DNA of 64,000 nucleotides. It comes from an uncultured Planctomycetota bacterium (GTDB lineage: Bacteria; Planctomycetota; Planctomycetia; Isosphaerales; Isosphaeraceae). The stretch lies in contig CAWJTV010000041.1 of the NCBI GenBank assembly GCA_963845755.1, positions 480,001 to 544,000 on the forward strand. Reading direction: 5' to 3'. Shown here piece by piece: positions 29,792 to 40,719 of this stretch; within the stretch, counting starts at the first letter, position 1; each line of letters opens with the position of its first letter. Made by a program: the position numbers and the translations under genes. The notes beneath the pieces are model-generated. The model was not told where the DNA came from. It searched no databases and saw only the letters and a list, made by a program, of their open reading frames with translations.

Positions 29792-29992
29792 TAAAGAGGA
29801 ACGCCATGAGAATATCCGTGACGAGGCGGTCGAGGCACGCGAATCCGGGATTAGCAGCGAGGTATTTCCAGGATCGTCGGGGCCTTATAGTGTGGAATCA
29901 AGATTTCCATTCGGTCGGGACGTGGAACGGCAATTGAGGGCTGGGAACCTCGACGGACAACGCACGGCTCACCGTCGGAAAGGAGACACGTC

Positions 29993-31942
29993 GTGTCTGA
30001 AGGCGAAAAGATCATCGGGATCGATCTGGGGACGACCAACAGCGTGGTCGCGGTGATGGAGGGGAACGACGTGACGGTCATCCCCAACCAGGAGGGAAGC
30101 CGGCTGACGCCCTCTGTCGTCGCCTTCTCCACCAAGGGCGACATCCTGGTGGGGGACCCCGCGAAGCGGCAGGCCATCACCAATCCGGGGGGGACGATCT
30201 ACTCGATCAAGCGGTTCATGGGGCGCCGCCATGACGAAGTGAAGACCGAGGAGAAGATGGTCCCCTACCAGGTCGTCGGGGGCCCGAGCGATTTCGTCAA
30301 AGTTCGCGTAACCAACAAGGAGTACACGCCTCCGGAGATCTCGGCGATGATCCTCCGGAAGCTCAAGGAGGCGGCCGAGAGTTACCTGGGGCACAAGATC
30401 CGCAAGGCGGTGATCACCGTCCCCGCCTATTTCAACGATAGCCAGCGGCAGGCCACGAAGGATGCCGGCCAGATCGCCGGCCTGGAGGTCGCGCGGATCA
30501 TCAATGAGCCGACCGCCGCGGCGCTGGCCTACGGGCTGGAGAAGAAGAAGAACGAGAAGATCGCCGTCTTCGACCTGGGCGGCGGCACGTTTGACATCTC
30601 GATCCTCGACGTCGCCGAGGGTGTCTTCGAGGTCCTCTCGACCAACGGCGACACCCATCTGGGCGGCGACGATTGGGATGAGTCGCTGATCAACCACATT
30701 GCCGACGAGTTCAAGAAGGAGCAAGGGATCGACCTTCGCAAGGACCAGATGGCCTTGCAGCGGCTCAAGGAGGCGGCCGAGAAGGCCAAGAAGGACCTGT
30801 CGTTCCAGGCCCAGGCGGACATCAACCTGCCGTTCATCACGGCCGATGCCTCCGGGCCCAAGCACCTGGCGATGACCATCAGCCGCGCCCAGTTCGAGAA
30901 GCTGACCGATAGCCTCTTCGAGCGGTGCCGCGGGCCGGTCCTCACGGCGATGAAGGATGCCAAGCTCAAGCCGTCCGAGATCGATGAGGTCGTGCTCGTC
31001 GGCGGCTCGACGCGCATGCCCCGGGTCCAGCAGATCGTCAAGGACATCTTCGGCAAGGAGCCGCATAAGGGGGTCAACCCGGACGAGGTCGTCGCCGTCG
31101 GCGCGGCCATCCAGGGCGCCGTCTTGACCGGCGACGTCAAGGAAGTCCTGCTCCTGGACGTGACTCCCCTGTCGCTGGGGCTGGAGACCAAGGGGGGCGT
31201 GATGACCGTCCTGGTGCCCAAGAACACCACGATCCCCACCGAGAAGAAGGAGACCTTCACCACGGCCGACGACAACCAGACGGCCGTCACGATCAAGGTC
31301 TTCCAGGGCGAGCGGCCGATGGCCCCGGACAACCGGCTCCTCGGCGAGTTTAACCTCGAAGGTATCCCGCCGGCCCGCATGGGCGTGCCCCAGATCGAGG
31401 TGGCGTTCAACATCGACGCCAACGGGATCCTCAACGTGACCGCGCGCGACAAGGGGACCGGCAAGGAGCAGACCATCAAGATCCAGTCCTCCGGGGGCCT
31501 GGACAAGGATGAGATCGAGCGAATGAAGCACGACGCCGAATCCCACGCCGCCGACGACAAGAAGCGTCGTGAGTTGGCCGAGGCCCGCAATACCGCCGAA
31601 CAGCGCGTCTATCAGCTCGAGAAGCTGCTGGAAGAGTCGAAGGACAAGCTGAGCGAGTCCGACCTGACGGCCCTCCGTGCCGCCATGGACAAGGTCAACG
31701 AGGCCAAGAAGGGCGAGGACGTCACGGCCATCAACCGGGCGATCGACGAGCTCCAGCGCGCCAGCCAGGCCATGGCCGAGCACCTCTATTCCGCGGGCCC
31801 GGGCGCGGCCGGCGCCGGCGGTGCCGGACCCGACCACGGGCCGGGCCCCGGCGACGGGCACCCCGGCGCCGCCCACGATGGCGGACCCGGCGGCGCCAAG
31901 CCTGACGACGTCATCGACGTCGAGTTCGAGGAGAAGAAGTAG
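29993..31942 (+). CDS. dnaK: Chaperone DnaK
   Basis: [67 protein letters not shown] start after AAGGAG. Confidence 0.98.
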   Translation: MSEGEKIIGIDLGTTNSVVAVMEGNDVTVIPNQEGSRLTPSVVAFSTKGDILVGDPAKRQAITNPGGTIYSIKRFMGRRHDEVKTEEKMVPYQVVGGPSDFVKVRVTNKEYTPPEISAMILRKLKEAAESYLGHKIRKAVITVPAYFNDSQRQATKDAGQIAGLEVARIINEPTAAALAYGLEKKKNEKIAVFDLGGGTFDISILDVAEGVFEVLSTNGDTHLGGDDWDESLINHIADEFKKEQGIDLRKDQMALQRLKEAAEKAKKDLSFQAQADINLPFITADASGPKHLAMTISRAQFEKLTDSLFERCRGPVLTAMKDAKLKPSEIDEVVLVGGSTRMPRVQQIVKDIFGKEPHKGVNPDEVVAVGAAIQGAVLTGDVKEVLLLDVTPLSLGLETKGGVMTVLVPKNTTIPTEKKETFTTADDNQTAVTIKVFQGERPMAPDNRLLGEFNLEGIPPARMGVPQIEVAFNIDANGILNVTARDKGTGKEQTIKIQSSGGLDKDEIERMKHDAESHAADDKKRRELAEARNTAEQRVYQLEKLLEESKDKLSESDLTALRAAMDKVNEAKKGEDVTAINRAIDELQRASQAMAEHLYSAGPGAAGAGGAGPDHGPGPGDGHPGAAHDGGPGGAKPDDVIDVEFEEKK

Positions 31943-32104
31943 TGGCGTCGTGAGTGACAAGTGACAAGTGGCAAGTGGCAAGTTAGGACAGAGATACAGA
32001 CCGAATCGGCCTGGACCGTTCACCTACTTGCCACCTGCTACCTACTACTTGCCACTCGCTACTTGCCACTTGTCACTTGTCACTTGTCACTCACGACGCC
32101 ACTA
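31940..32104. repeat. 44-bp inverted repeat built from TG(A/G)CAAG heptamers, spanning the dnaK-clpB spacer
   Basis: 31940-31983 vs 32061-32104, 43/44 complementary. Confidence 0.9.
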
Positions 32105-32106
32105 TC

Positions 32107-34761
32107 ATGCCCTTTCGATTCGACCAACTCACCCTGAAGAGCCAGGAGGCGGTGCAGCAAGCCCAGGCACTGGCTCGCGAGCGCAGTCATCAGCGGCTGG
32201 AGCCGATGCATTTGCTGGCGGCCCTGTTGCACCCCGACCAGCAGGTCGTCCGCTCGCTCCTCGGCCAGTTGGGCGTCAACCCCGCCCAGATCCTCAAGGC
32301 CGCCGAGGAGGGACTCAATGCCCTGCCGAAGGTCAGCGGCGGCGAGCAGACCCTCGGCCCTGAGCTGAACCAGGTGTTCGATGCCTCCGCCTCCGAGGCC
32401 GAGCGCCTCAAGGACCAGTACATCTCGGTCGAGCACCTCTTGCTGGCCCTGGTGAAGGTCAAGAGCCGGGCACAGGCCCTGCTCGGCGCCCTGGGGATCA
32501 CCGAGAAAGAGGTGCTCCAGGCGCTGCAAAAGGTCCGCGGCGGTCAGCGGGTCACCGATCAGAACCCCGAGGACAAGTACCAGGCGCTGGAGCGTTACGG
32601 GCGCGATCTGGTCGAGCTGGCGCGCGAGGGAAAGATCGATCCGGTCATCGGCCGGGATTCGGAGATCCGTCGCGTTGTCCAGGTCCTGAGCCGGCGGACC
32701 AAGAACAACCCGGTCCTGATCGGCGAGCCGGGCGTGGGCAAGACGGCGATTGTCGAGGGGCTGGCCCAGCGGATCGTCTCGGGCGACGTCCCCGAGAGCT
32801 TGCAACAGCGACGTCTCATCGCGCTCGACATGGGCGCGCTGGTCGCCGGCACCAAGTTCCGCGGCGAGTTCGAGGAGCGGCTCAAGGCGGTCCTCAAGGA
32901 GGTCGGCTCGTCGGAAGGCCGGATCATCCTGTTCATCGACGAGCTGCACCTGGTCGTCGGCGCGGGCAAGGCCGAGGGATCAATGGACGCGGCCAATCTG
33001 CTCAAGCCGGCCCTGGCGCGAGGTGAGCTCCGCTGCATCGGCGCGACGACCCTCGACGAGTTCCGCGAGCATATCGAGAAGGACCCGGCCCTGGAGCGTC
33101 GGTTCCAGCCGGTCTTCGTTGGCGAGCCTTCGGTCGAGGACACGATCGCCATCCTCCGCGGGTTGAAGGAGCGCTACGAGGTCCATCACAAGGTCAAGAT
33201 CCGGGATTCGGCCCTGGTCTCCGCCGCCAAGCTCGCGGCGCGATACATCACAGATCGATTCCTGCCCGACAAGGCGATCGACCTGGTGGACGAGGCCGCC
33301 AGCCGGCTGTCGATGGAGCTCCAGTCGGTCCCGACGGAGATCGACGTCCTCCAGCGCCGGCTGCTCCAGCTCCAGTTGGCCGAGCGGATGCTCCGTAGCG
33401 AGGAAGAAGAACACGCCCGGGAGCGCCTCGTCGAGATCGAGCTGGAAATCCAGCAGATCGAGAAGCAGCTCCAGGACCTGCGCGGCCAGTGGGAGATGGA
33501 GAAGTCCGGGCTGGGCGACATCCAGAAAGTCCGCGAGCGGCTGGAGGCGGTCAAGGTCGAATACGGCCGCGCCTGGGATGAAATCCGGCACATGCAGCAG
33601 CGGGGCGATCGGCCCGACGAGAATCAGTTCCAGGCCCTGGCCGGACTCGACTCCGAACGCAAGGCCCTGGAGAAGCGGATCGCCGAAGCCGAGGCACTCG
33701 GCGACGGACCGGCCAAGGGCACGGGTCGGCGCCTCCTCAAGAAGGAGGTCGACTCCGAGGAGATCGCCGAGGTCGTCTCCCAGTGGACCGGGATACCCGT
33801 GTCGCGGATGCTCACCACCGAGCGTGAGAAGCTCTTGAAGCTCGAGGACCAGATCCACCTCCGGATGGTGGACCAGGACGTGGCCGTCCGCGCCGTGGCC
33901 GACGCCGTCCGCCGCAGCCGCGCCGGCTTGCAGGACCCGAACCGGCCAATCGGCTCGTTCCTGTTCCTGGGGCCGACCGGGGTCGGCAAGACCGAGTTGG
34001 CCAAGGCGCTGGCCGAGTTCCTCTTCGACAGCGAGACGGCCATGGTCCGGCTCGATATGAGCGAGTACGGCGAGCGCCATAACGTCGCCCGGCTAATCGG
34101 CGCCCCGCCCGGATACGTCGGCTACGAGGAAGGCGGCCGGCTCACCGAGTCCGTCCGTCGCCGCCCCTATTCGGTCGTCCTCCTCGATGAGATCGAGAAG
34201 GCCCACCGCGACGTTTTCAACGTGTTGCTCCAGGTCCTCGACGATGGCCGGTTGACCGACGGACAGGGTCGCACCGTCGACTTCCGCAACACCGTCATCA
34301 TCATGACCTCCAACCTGGGCAGCCACATCATCGCCGAGCTGGCCGCATCCGGCGATGAGGCGAGGATGCGCAGTGAGATCCAGAGCGTCCTCAAGGAGGC
34401 GTTCCTGCCGGAGTTCCTCAACCGGGTCGACGACACCATCATCTTCCACCCGCTGGGGATGAAGGAGCTGACCCAGATCGTTGATATCCAGCTCCGGCGG
34501 CTCGAAGCCCAGCTCGCCGAGGCCGGGTTGACCCTCCATATCACCGACGAGGCCAAGAAGCGCCTGGCCGAAGAGGGCTTCGACCCGGCCTACGGCGCCC
34601 GGCCGCTCAAGCGCGTCATCCAGCAGCGACTGGCCAATCGCCTGGCGACTGCCCTGCTCGAGCAAAAGGTGGCCGAAGGGGACACTGTCGAGATCGGCTG
34701 GGAACCGGTGAAGCAAGCCTTCACGCTCACACCGGCCCGGTCGCCGACCGCCCGGGGCTGA
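32107..34761 (+). CDS. clpB: ATP-dependent disaggregase ClpB
   Basis: Two AAA+ modules ([16 protein letters not shown]), long coiled-coil middle domain, YGARPLKR; no ClpP-docking IGF loop. Confidence 0.97.
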   Translation: MPFRFDQLTLKSQEAVQQAQALARERSHQRLEPMHLLAALLHPDQQVVRSLLGQLGVNPAQILKAAEEGLNALPKVSGGEQTLGPELNQVFDASASEAERLKDQYISVEHLLLALVKVKSRAQALLGALGITEKEVLQALQKVRGGQRVTDQNPEDKYQALERYGRDLVELAREGKIDPVIGRDSEIRRVVQVLSRRTKNNPVLIGEPGVGKTAIVEGLAQRIVSGDVPESLQQRRLIALDMGALVAGTKFRGEFEERLKAVLKEVGSSEGRIILFIDELHLVVGAGKAEGSMDAANLLKPALARGELRCIGATTLDEFREHIEKDPALERRFQPVFVGEPSVEDTIAILRGLKERYEVHHKVKIRDSALVSAAKLAARYITDRFLPDKAIDLVDEAASRLSMELQSVPTEIDVLQRRLLQLQLAERMLRSEEEEHARERLVEIELEIQQIEKQLQDLRGQWEMEKSGLGDIQKVRERLEAVKVEYGRAWDEIRHMQQRGDRPDENQFQALAGLDSERKALEKRIAEAEALGDGPAKGTGRRLLKKEVDSEEIAEVVSQWTGIPVSRMLTTEREKLLKLEDQIHLRMVDQDVAVRAVADAVRRSRAGLQDPNRPIGSFLFLGPTGVGKTELAKALAEFLFDSETAMVRLDMSEYGERHNVARLIGAPPGYVGYEEGGRLTESVRRRPYSVVLLDEIEKAHRDVFNVLLQVLDDGRLTDGQGRTVDFRNTVIIMTSNLGSHIIAELAASGDEARMRSEIQSVLKEAFLPEFLNRVDDTIIFHPLGMKELTQIVDIQLRRLEAQLAEAGLTLHITDEAKKRLAEEGFDPAYGARPLKRVIQQRLANRLATALLEQKVAEGDTVEIGWEPVKQAFTLTPARSPTARG

Positions 34762-34864
34762 GAGCCGTCGAACGAGATCCCCGATGAGTGGGGCCGGCGA
34801 TGGAAATTCGTGGACGCCTCAGGACGAACAGGATTGAACGTCAGAGCCCGATCAAGCCGGGAGT

Positions 34865-36816
34865 TCATGGGGCGACATCGGAGTTGTCGGGGCGCCCAGG
34901 CCCACCGAGGTCGATCACGACGCTCTTGCCGTCGTCGTAGAGCAGCGGGTAACGCGAGGCTAACTCTCCGAGCAGTTTGTATGCCCTGGCATCATTGGTA
35001 TTGAGAGAATAAATCCATAGGTTTAACACGACTCCGTCTGTCGGCCGGATCATCCCCGCTTTACTCATTTCCTTTGATCTGAACAGAACTTCGCATTTGC
35101 TACGGCTGGGACTGGCTACATAAGTGAGCCCGAGTCCTCTCAGGTAATCGGCGAGCTTCTCGGATCGACCGGTCAAGGGAATCCCGGGAGGAGGACTGAT
35201 CGACCCGATATTATCGGGAAAGTACACAGGATTACGCGTGTGATCGAGCAAGAGGGGCCAGTCCAGGAAGCAAAAGAGCGGCCGGCCGGCGGGTATCGAT
35301 GCCTGGATCCGACCGTACTGTTCGCGCTCCGCAAGCGTGAACCTCATGCGGCCCGTGATCGCTCCCCTGACGACATCGGGTAGCTCGCGAGAATCCAGGA
35401 CGACCTTGCGACCGTAGTAGAGGATCGAACCGGCAATCAGCAGGTAGACTCCGATCCGCACGGGCATTTGCATCGCACTCCGCGAGGCGAGCCTCAGGAG
35501 CGTTCCGTAGCAGATGATCACCATGAAGCATCTTGCCACATAGCCGTAACGCCAGAATTCTGCCGATTCGAAGACAGAAATCGTCGCCACAAGATTCACC
35601 AGACCAGCCGTACAGCACGCAAGGACCAGCGCGCGGCGTTTGATGGATGTTCGCCAGCGCAGCGTGCACCATACCGCTGTCCCGCAACCGGCCAGGAGGA
35701 AGAGGCTTTGTGGTTTGGGAACGACGTCCCGGATTTTCTCTGACAGGCGTGGGCGAGACGTACTGGAGAACGCCGTCTTATTGGGCAAGAGTGCGAGCGT
35801 GTGTTTTCGGTAACCCTCGCCAAGATAGGGATAGAGCAAGGTTTTCGACGCCTGGTAGGACCGGACCATATACGGCAAGACCATCACGAAGGACAGGATA
35901 CCGATCATGGCTCCGAGAGCGATGGGCCGGAGGCGCCGGGTCATCAATGCCAGGAGGACTTCCCAGGAAAATACGAAGAGTAAGACGATGCTGATGAGGG
36001 TTGTCTTGAGGGTCACGATAGCGGCAAGCAGAACGGCGGCCGCCATGCTCGCCCCGATCGGATTCCCGGATCTGACTTGGTACAGTGTCCTTGCCAGGGC
36101 CAGCAGGAGGAAGACAGGTACGACGGCAGCCGATGCGTTGATGATGGAGCAAGGATAGGTCGCGAAGACCAGGGTGAGTGCAAGTCGCGCAGCGCGCTTC
36201 AGACGCCGGATCGTGAGGAGTAGGACGCCCATTCCCAGGAAGGCAAGCCCAGGGTCGGCGAGATGGACGTAATCGACCGGGAGGACCGCGAGTACGAGAG
36301 CCTGGAGAAACGACTCACCTCCCAACGAAGCCGTGAGGCGATCCGAGAAAGGATCGATCGACATTCCGCCGGTCTGGAGCATCTCCACGGGCGCGAGCGT
36401 GTAGGCACCATCGTCCGAAATGAAGATCGAGTATCGTCCCGCGATGGTTCCTGGCTCGGGTGGAGGCTGATTGAAGCACAGCCAGTTCACATAACCAAGG
36501 AGCAGGACTCCGAGCGTCGCCACGTCCCAGCCCGAGAGATTGCGGGCTCCCTCGCCGAGTCGCGCAGACCCCCTTGGGCGAGCCAGGCCGCGACGCCGCC
36601 GAGCACGATTCCGATGATAAGTCCCGGAGAGATCACCCGGGCAAGGTTCAGCACTCCCCCCACGACGATCAGGAATGCCAGGCCCCATCCGGCCGCAAGC
36701 CCACCGTCATACCGCCTGAATCTCAGCAAGCGGCCGAGCGCCACGCCATATCCAACGAAGGCCGCGAGCAGGATGAAGCCCCAGACGAAGGCCCCGATAT
36801 AGGTCAGTACAGCCAT
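34865..36816 (-). CDS. Polytopic membrane protein, possible GT-C-type glycosyltransferase; frameshift near 36530
   Basis: More than 10 hydrophobic segments, acidic DD in the first loop (SDDGAY), P.YP motif, soluble C-terminal domain; last gene of the glycosylation cluster. Confidence 0.6.
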
Positions 36817-36953
36817 ACAGATTGCCTCAATATCGAACGTGATCACAAATAATCTAATGAAATGACCCGTTCTGGCACGTTCCGTGGCGCGTCCCTTTCG
36901 ACCGCCCACGCCCGCGTGCCCGGGATGCTGCCGGGGGCCGAATTGTGACCGCC

Positions 36954-37790
36954 CTATCTGCCGCCGTCGTCTCGAATATCGTAGGCTTGCCTCGCCCAGA
37001 CGATGGCCTCGTCGATGATCTGCACTTTGAACGGCTCCTGGGCCCGCATCTCGATCGAGACCCAGCGGTCATAACCGACTTGCCCGAGGCTCTCGGCGAA
37101 TCGGCCGTGGTCAATCGTCGCCTCACTGACGGGGGCCAGGTTGGGTTCGCTGATGTGGAAGTGATGCAGGAGTGCCGAGTGATCACGAATCACGCTGGCG
37201 ATATCGTCGCTCACCATGTTCATGCAGGCCGTGTCGAGATGCAGGCGCAGTCCGGGCCGATTGACTCGGGCCACGAGATCGGCGGCGTCCGCGGCGCGCG
37301 TGACGAAATCGGCTTGATACTGGGGCGGATTCGCTTCCATGACCACCACCGTGCCGTACCGTTCGGCGATATCAGCGAGTTCTCCAAAGAATGTAATGGC
37401 CACATCCCACACGGTCTGCGCGGGGAGATCGCCCACTTGCCTGTTCCTGGGAGAGCCGAAAACCAGCGACTTGGCGCCAAGATCGGCACAAAGCCGGATG
37501 ATCGCGTCGAGGTAGGTCAGCGTCCGTGACCGAATCTCGGCATTCTCGAAGATGGTCAGATCCGGTCGCCCAAAGAGCAGTGCTTGAGCCGCGACCACCC
37601 GGAACCCTCGCTGTGCGAGCCCGTTTCGGTAACGACGGACATCCGATTGGTCAACCTCGCTCGGTGTCGTCCAGATCTTCGAGGGTGCGATCTCGATGTC
37701 CTTGACCCCATGCCGATCGAGAATCGGGAGCACCTCCTCGTCGACTCCTGACGGCCAGGCGATGTTCGAAATGGCGAGCTTGTAGGCCAT
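36954..37790 (-). CDS. Sugar phosphate isomerase/epimerase (xylose-isomerase-like TIM barrel)
   Basis: KLAISNIAW, IEIAP, LVFGSPRNR, EANP..Y, HLD, HFHISEP, WVSIEM. Confidence 0.85.
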   Translation of the reverse strand: MAYKLAISNIAWPSGVDEEVLPILDRHGVKDIEIAPSKIWTTPSEVDQSDVRRYRNGLAQRGFRVVAAQALLFGRPDLTIFENAEIRSRTLTYLDAIIRLCADLGAKSLVFGSPRNRQVGDLPAQTVWDVAITFFGELADIAERYGTVVVMEANPPQYQADFVTRAADAADLVARVNRPGLRLHLDTACMNMVSDDIASVIRDHSALLHHFHISEPNLAPVSEATIDHGRFAESLGQVGYDRWVSIEMRAQEPFKVQIIDEAIVWARQAYDIRDDGGR

Positions 37791-37872
37791 GCTGCACTTC
37801 CCATGGGTAGAACGATGCGTTGCGATTCGGGTAACGTCCCGATCGGGCTCGAGATCGCCGACCGCTCGCGTC

Positions 37873-38580
37873 CTATCGGAGGACGTTTCCGCCATTGATG
37901 TCGATCGTGCAGCCGGTCATCGAGACCGCGTCGGGCGACAGGACAAAATGAACGCAGGCTGCAATCTCCTCCGGGGTCGCGAACCGCTTGAGAGGGATAG
38001 ACTGGCGGTAGGGCTCCAGGTCGTCCGCCGCGCGATCCTGGGTCATTCGGGTCCCGATCGTGACCCCGGGTGCCAGGCAGATGATGCGATTCCGTGGTGC
38101 AAGTTTCGGCGCCAAGGTCTTGACCATGGAGTGGATCGCCCCCTTCGTGATGGCGTAGGCGTCGTCATAACTCCCCTTGAAGGCCGATTGGGAGGACAGC
38201 AGCACAATCACGCCGCCCGGCTCCAGCTTCTCTCGCACGCGTGCCACCGCGGTCATGGCCGAAAAGAGGTTGACGTTGATCATCCGGGCCAGTTGCTCGA
38301 ACGGAGCCTCGAAGAGTGTCTGGGAGATCATGATGCCCGCGCAATTGATGAATGAGTCAACGGGCGTCTGTAGCCCGGCGAATGCGATCTCCACCGCCTT
38401 GGGATCCTCGAAGTCGCAGATCACGACCTCCGGGCAATCGGGGAATAGCGATCGTTGTCCCTCATCCCTCAGCACGGGCACGATCCGATCACCTTCGCTC
38501 GCGAGACGAGCGGCGATTGCTTTTCCGATCCCACTCGTCACGCCACTCACCAGATGAGTTCTCAACGGTTCGACTCCCAT
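37873..38580 (-). CDS. SDR-family NAD(P)-dependent oxidoreductase
   Basis: SGVTSGIG, NCAG, YAITK (YxxxK), APG, INGG. Confidence 0.9.
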   Translation of the reverse strand: MGVEPLRTHLVSGVTSGIGKAIAARLASEGDRIVPVLRDEGQRSLFPDCPEVVICDFEDPKAVEIAFAGLQTPVDSFINCAGIMISQTLFEAPFEQLARMINVNLFSAMTAVARVREKLEPGGVIVLLSSQSAFKGSYDDAYAITKGAIHSMVKTLAPKLAPRNRIICLAPGVTIGTRMTQDRAADDLEPYRQSIPLKRFATPEEIAACVHFVLSPDAVSMTGCTIDINGGNVLR

Positions 38581-38585
38581 CGTGG

Positions 38586-39401
38586 TCAGGACACGGAAGG
38601 CGGGTTGCACGCCCCGCTCATCACCTCGAACACCTCTCGGAGGATGTTGAGATTTCCCCCCACACCCTTGATCTTCGAAGGTACTTCGTTCTTGGGGTAG
38701 CGGCGGTTGACCGGAATCTCCGTCATACGAAATCCAAGCCGCGCAGCTCGTACCAACAAGTAATAAGGAAGATTATAGGAATTGAAGATCTTGCGGAAGG
38801 GCTTGATCCGCGGATCCTCGATCAGTCGCCGGCTGTAACCGCGGTAACTGTTGGTTGTATCGGAGAATCGGCGATAAGCGGCGAGGCTGATGAGTGGAGC
38901 ATGGATCAAGCGAATGGCGAGTTCGCGATAGAGCGGAGCATTGATCGACTGGCCACCTTTGCGAAATCGGGACCCCGCCACGCAATCGTAGCCATCTTTC
39001 AGGTGGCTCACGTAGGTTGCCAGGAAATCGGGATCGTCCTTGTTGTTGCCGTCCATGTGGACCATGCCCTGATAGCCCTTCACGAGCGCATAGGCGAAGA
39101 GCAAGCGGAGCTGGGAGCTCATCCGTCCGGGGCTGGTTTTCCGGATCACGCAGGTCACGCCGAGATCTCGCATCAGCCCCGTCTCCGTGCAGCCATCGCT
39201 GCTGCCGCCATCGCAGATGATGACGTCAGGGAGTTCCGGCAGGTCCTTCATGTAGGCGAGCTGGTCCCTGATCCTCTGGCCCTCGTTCAAGACCGGAATC
39301 AGCACGCAGTAGGCTCCGGATTTCGATCGGAACTCCTCGATGTTTGCCGTCGGCAGTTCCCAGTCGGCAGGCGGATCCAGACTCTGGAAATCAATTCCCA
39401 T
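38586..39401 (-). CDS. GT2 glycosyltransferase (polyprenol-phosphate sugar synthase-like)
   Basis: IPVLNEG, DGGSSDG, MDGNNKDD, GSRF..GG, DTTN.YR.YS, EIPV.R.YP. Confidence 0.88.
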   Translation of the reverse strand: MGIDFQSLDPPADWELPTANIEEFRSKSGAYCVLIPVLNEGQRIRDQLAYMKDLPELPDVIICDGGSSDGCTETGLMRDLGVTCVIRKTSPGRMSSQLRLLFAYALVKGYQGMVHMDGNNKDDPDFLATYVSHLKDGYDCVAGSRFRKGGQSINAPLYRELAIRLIHAPLISLAAYRRFSDTTNSYRGYSRRLIEDPRIKPFRKIFNSYNLPYYLLVRAARLGFRMTEIPVNRRYPKNEVPSKIKGVGGNLNILREVFEVMSGACNPPSVS

Positions 39402-40531
39402 GGCGGTGTAGGTCTCGGGGTGGAGCGGCGGTTCTGGGAGATCGATGGACCGGTCGAATCGAGCCTCGCCGGCGACGAGTTCGGCTCAAGGGTTGTCACC
39501 GACCTCCACTTGGTTCTCGATTGGGTCGGTTCGAAGGGTGAATCCGGTTCGAACTCGGTGTAGACATTGCGGCGCTCGCCGCGGATGCCGACCATCGGAC
39601 TGTGGAGCTCGTCAACGGCATGATAGAGGGGTTGGCTTGGCATTTCCTCGACCAATCTCATGAGGTATTCTCCGATCAGGAGCAACATGAGGAACATGAC
39701 GAGGAAATTGAAACTGTTCGTGAGCGATGTGGTCGCCCATCCCGGCGCGATATCCTTGCGCGACAGGTATGTCGCGATCACGTAACACGCGTATAACAGG
39801 CTGAACGAACTTCCCAGCAAGCCCAGGAGGCTCACCAACCGCAACGGCGCATTGGAATTATGCACCACCAGGGAGATCCCCTCGCGAATCGCGCCCCAGA
39901 ATGACGGTCTCGGCGGGAGTCCGCTACGATTAATCCTCCGGTATTCGAAGACCTTCACACTGTAGCCGATCTCGCAGATGAGCATGCTCAGGAATCGTCG
40001 TCGGCGCTGGATCCTGGTCATCCCGTTTACGGCCTGCCGGCTCAGGGCCAGCAGGTAAGTCGTCCCGGGGATCAATCGTATCTGTGCATAGCGGGCGATG
40101 ATCGCGTAGAAGAGGGACCGGCACGCCCGGTAGGGGAAGGATCGGCCCCTGTCCTTATCGCTGATCCCGACCACGACATCGCAGCCCCCGCGACACTGCT
40201 CGATCAGATCAGGGATGACGGCGGGGGGATCCCAATTCGGATTGAGCACAACCACGTAGTCGCCGATTGCTGCATCAAGTCCGGCCGTGATCGCGATGTC
40301 GTCGTGCATGTGCCTCGACAGTGGGATTACGCGCAGGCAATTCGCCGTGCCGATCAACTGCTTGCACACGTCGAGCGTCCCGTCCGTGGACCCGTTTTCG
40401 ATCAGCACGATCTCGTAATAGGCATAGCGTTCCCGGAGGATTTCACCGACTTCTCCGACGACCTTCTTGACGATCGATTCCGAGTTGTCCAACGGAATGA
40501 CCACGGTCACGAAAGCATCCAGAATCTCCAT
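39299..40531 (-). CDS. GT2 glycosyltransferase, GtrB/ArnC-like with two C-terminal TM helices (3' end uncertain)
   Basis: VVIP, ENGSTDGT, LSR, AITAGLD.AIGDYVV, PLRL, PGWAT, IGEYL.R, PLY. The tail overlaps the next gene by about 100 nt, so the true stop may be earlier. Confidence 0.82.
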   Translation of the reverse strand: MEILDAFVTVVIPLDNSESIVKKVVGEVGEILRERYAYYEIVLIENGSTDGTLDVCKQLIGTANCLRVIPLSRHMHDDIAITAGLDAAIGDYVVVLNPNWDPPAVIPDLIEQCRGGCDVVVGISDKDRGRSFPYRACRSLFYAIIARYAQIRLIPGTTYLLALSRQAVNGMTRIQRRRRFLSMLICEIGYSVKVFEYRRINRSGLPPRPSFWGAIREGISLVVHNSNAPLRLVSLLGLLGSSFSLLYACYVIATYLSRKDIAPGWATTSLTNSFNFLVMFLMLLLIGEYLMRLVEEMPSQPLYHAVDELHSPMVGIRGERRNVYTEFEPDSPFEPTQSRTKWRSVTTLEPNSSPARLDSTGPSISQNRRSTPRPTPPWELISRVWIRLPTGNCRRQTSRSSDRNPEPTAC

Positions 40532-40719
40532 CGGTCGGTCCCCTATCCCCTTGAAGTCGGGATGTCTTCGAGAGATCCTGGAGCCTCCAGGACATCGTCA
40601 AGGAATGCGAGAGAGGCACGTACCCCTGGTCTCCGCGCCGACCTCTCTCGAGCGTGATGTGTCTCGGGGACCCTCGGGATCGGAGATCCTCGATAGCCGG
40701 TCCCAGGTGAGATCGGACT

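Noticed and set aside
29851..29880. CIRCE element before dnaK
   Set aside because: TTAGCA is present but there is no matching GAGTGCTAA half-site at 9-bp spacing.
29969..34716. Long antisense ORFs over dnaK and clpB (likewise over nusA, infB, the ISAzo13 transposase and 56-63 kb)
   Set aside because: Shadow ORFs expected from high GC3 codon bias; no independent motifs or RBS.
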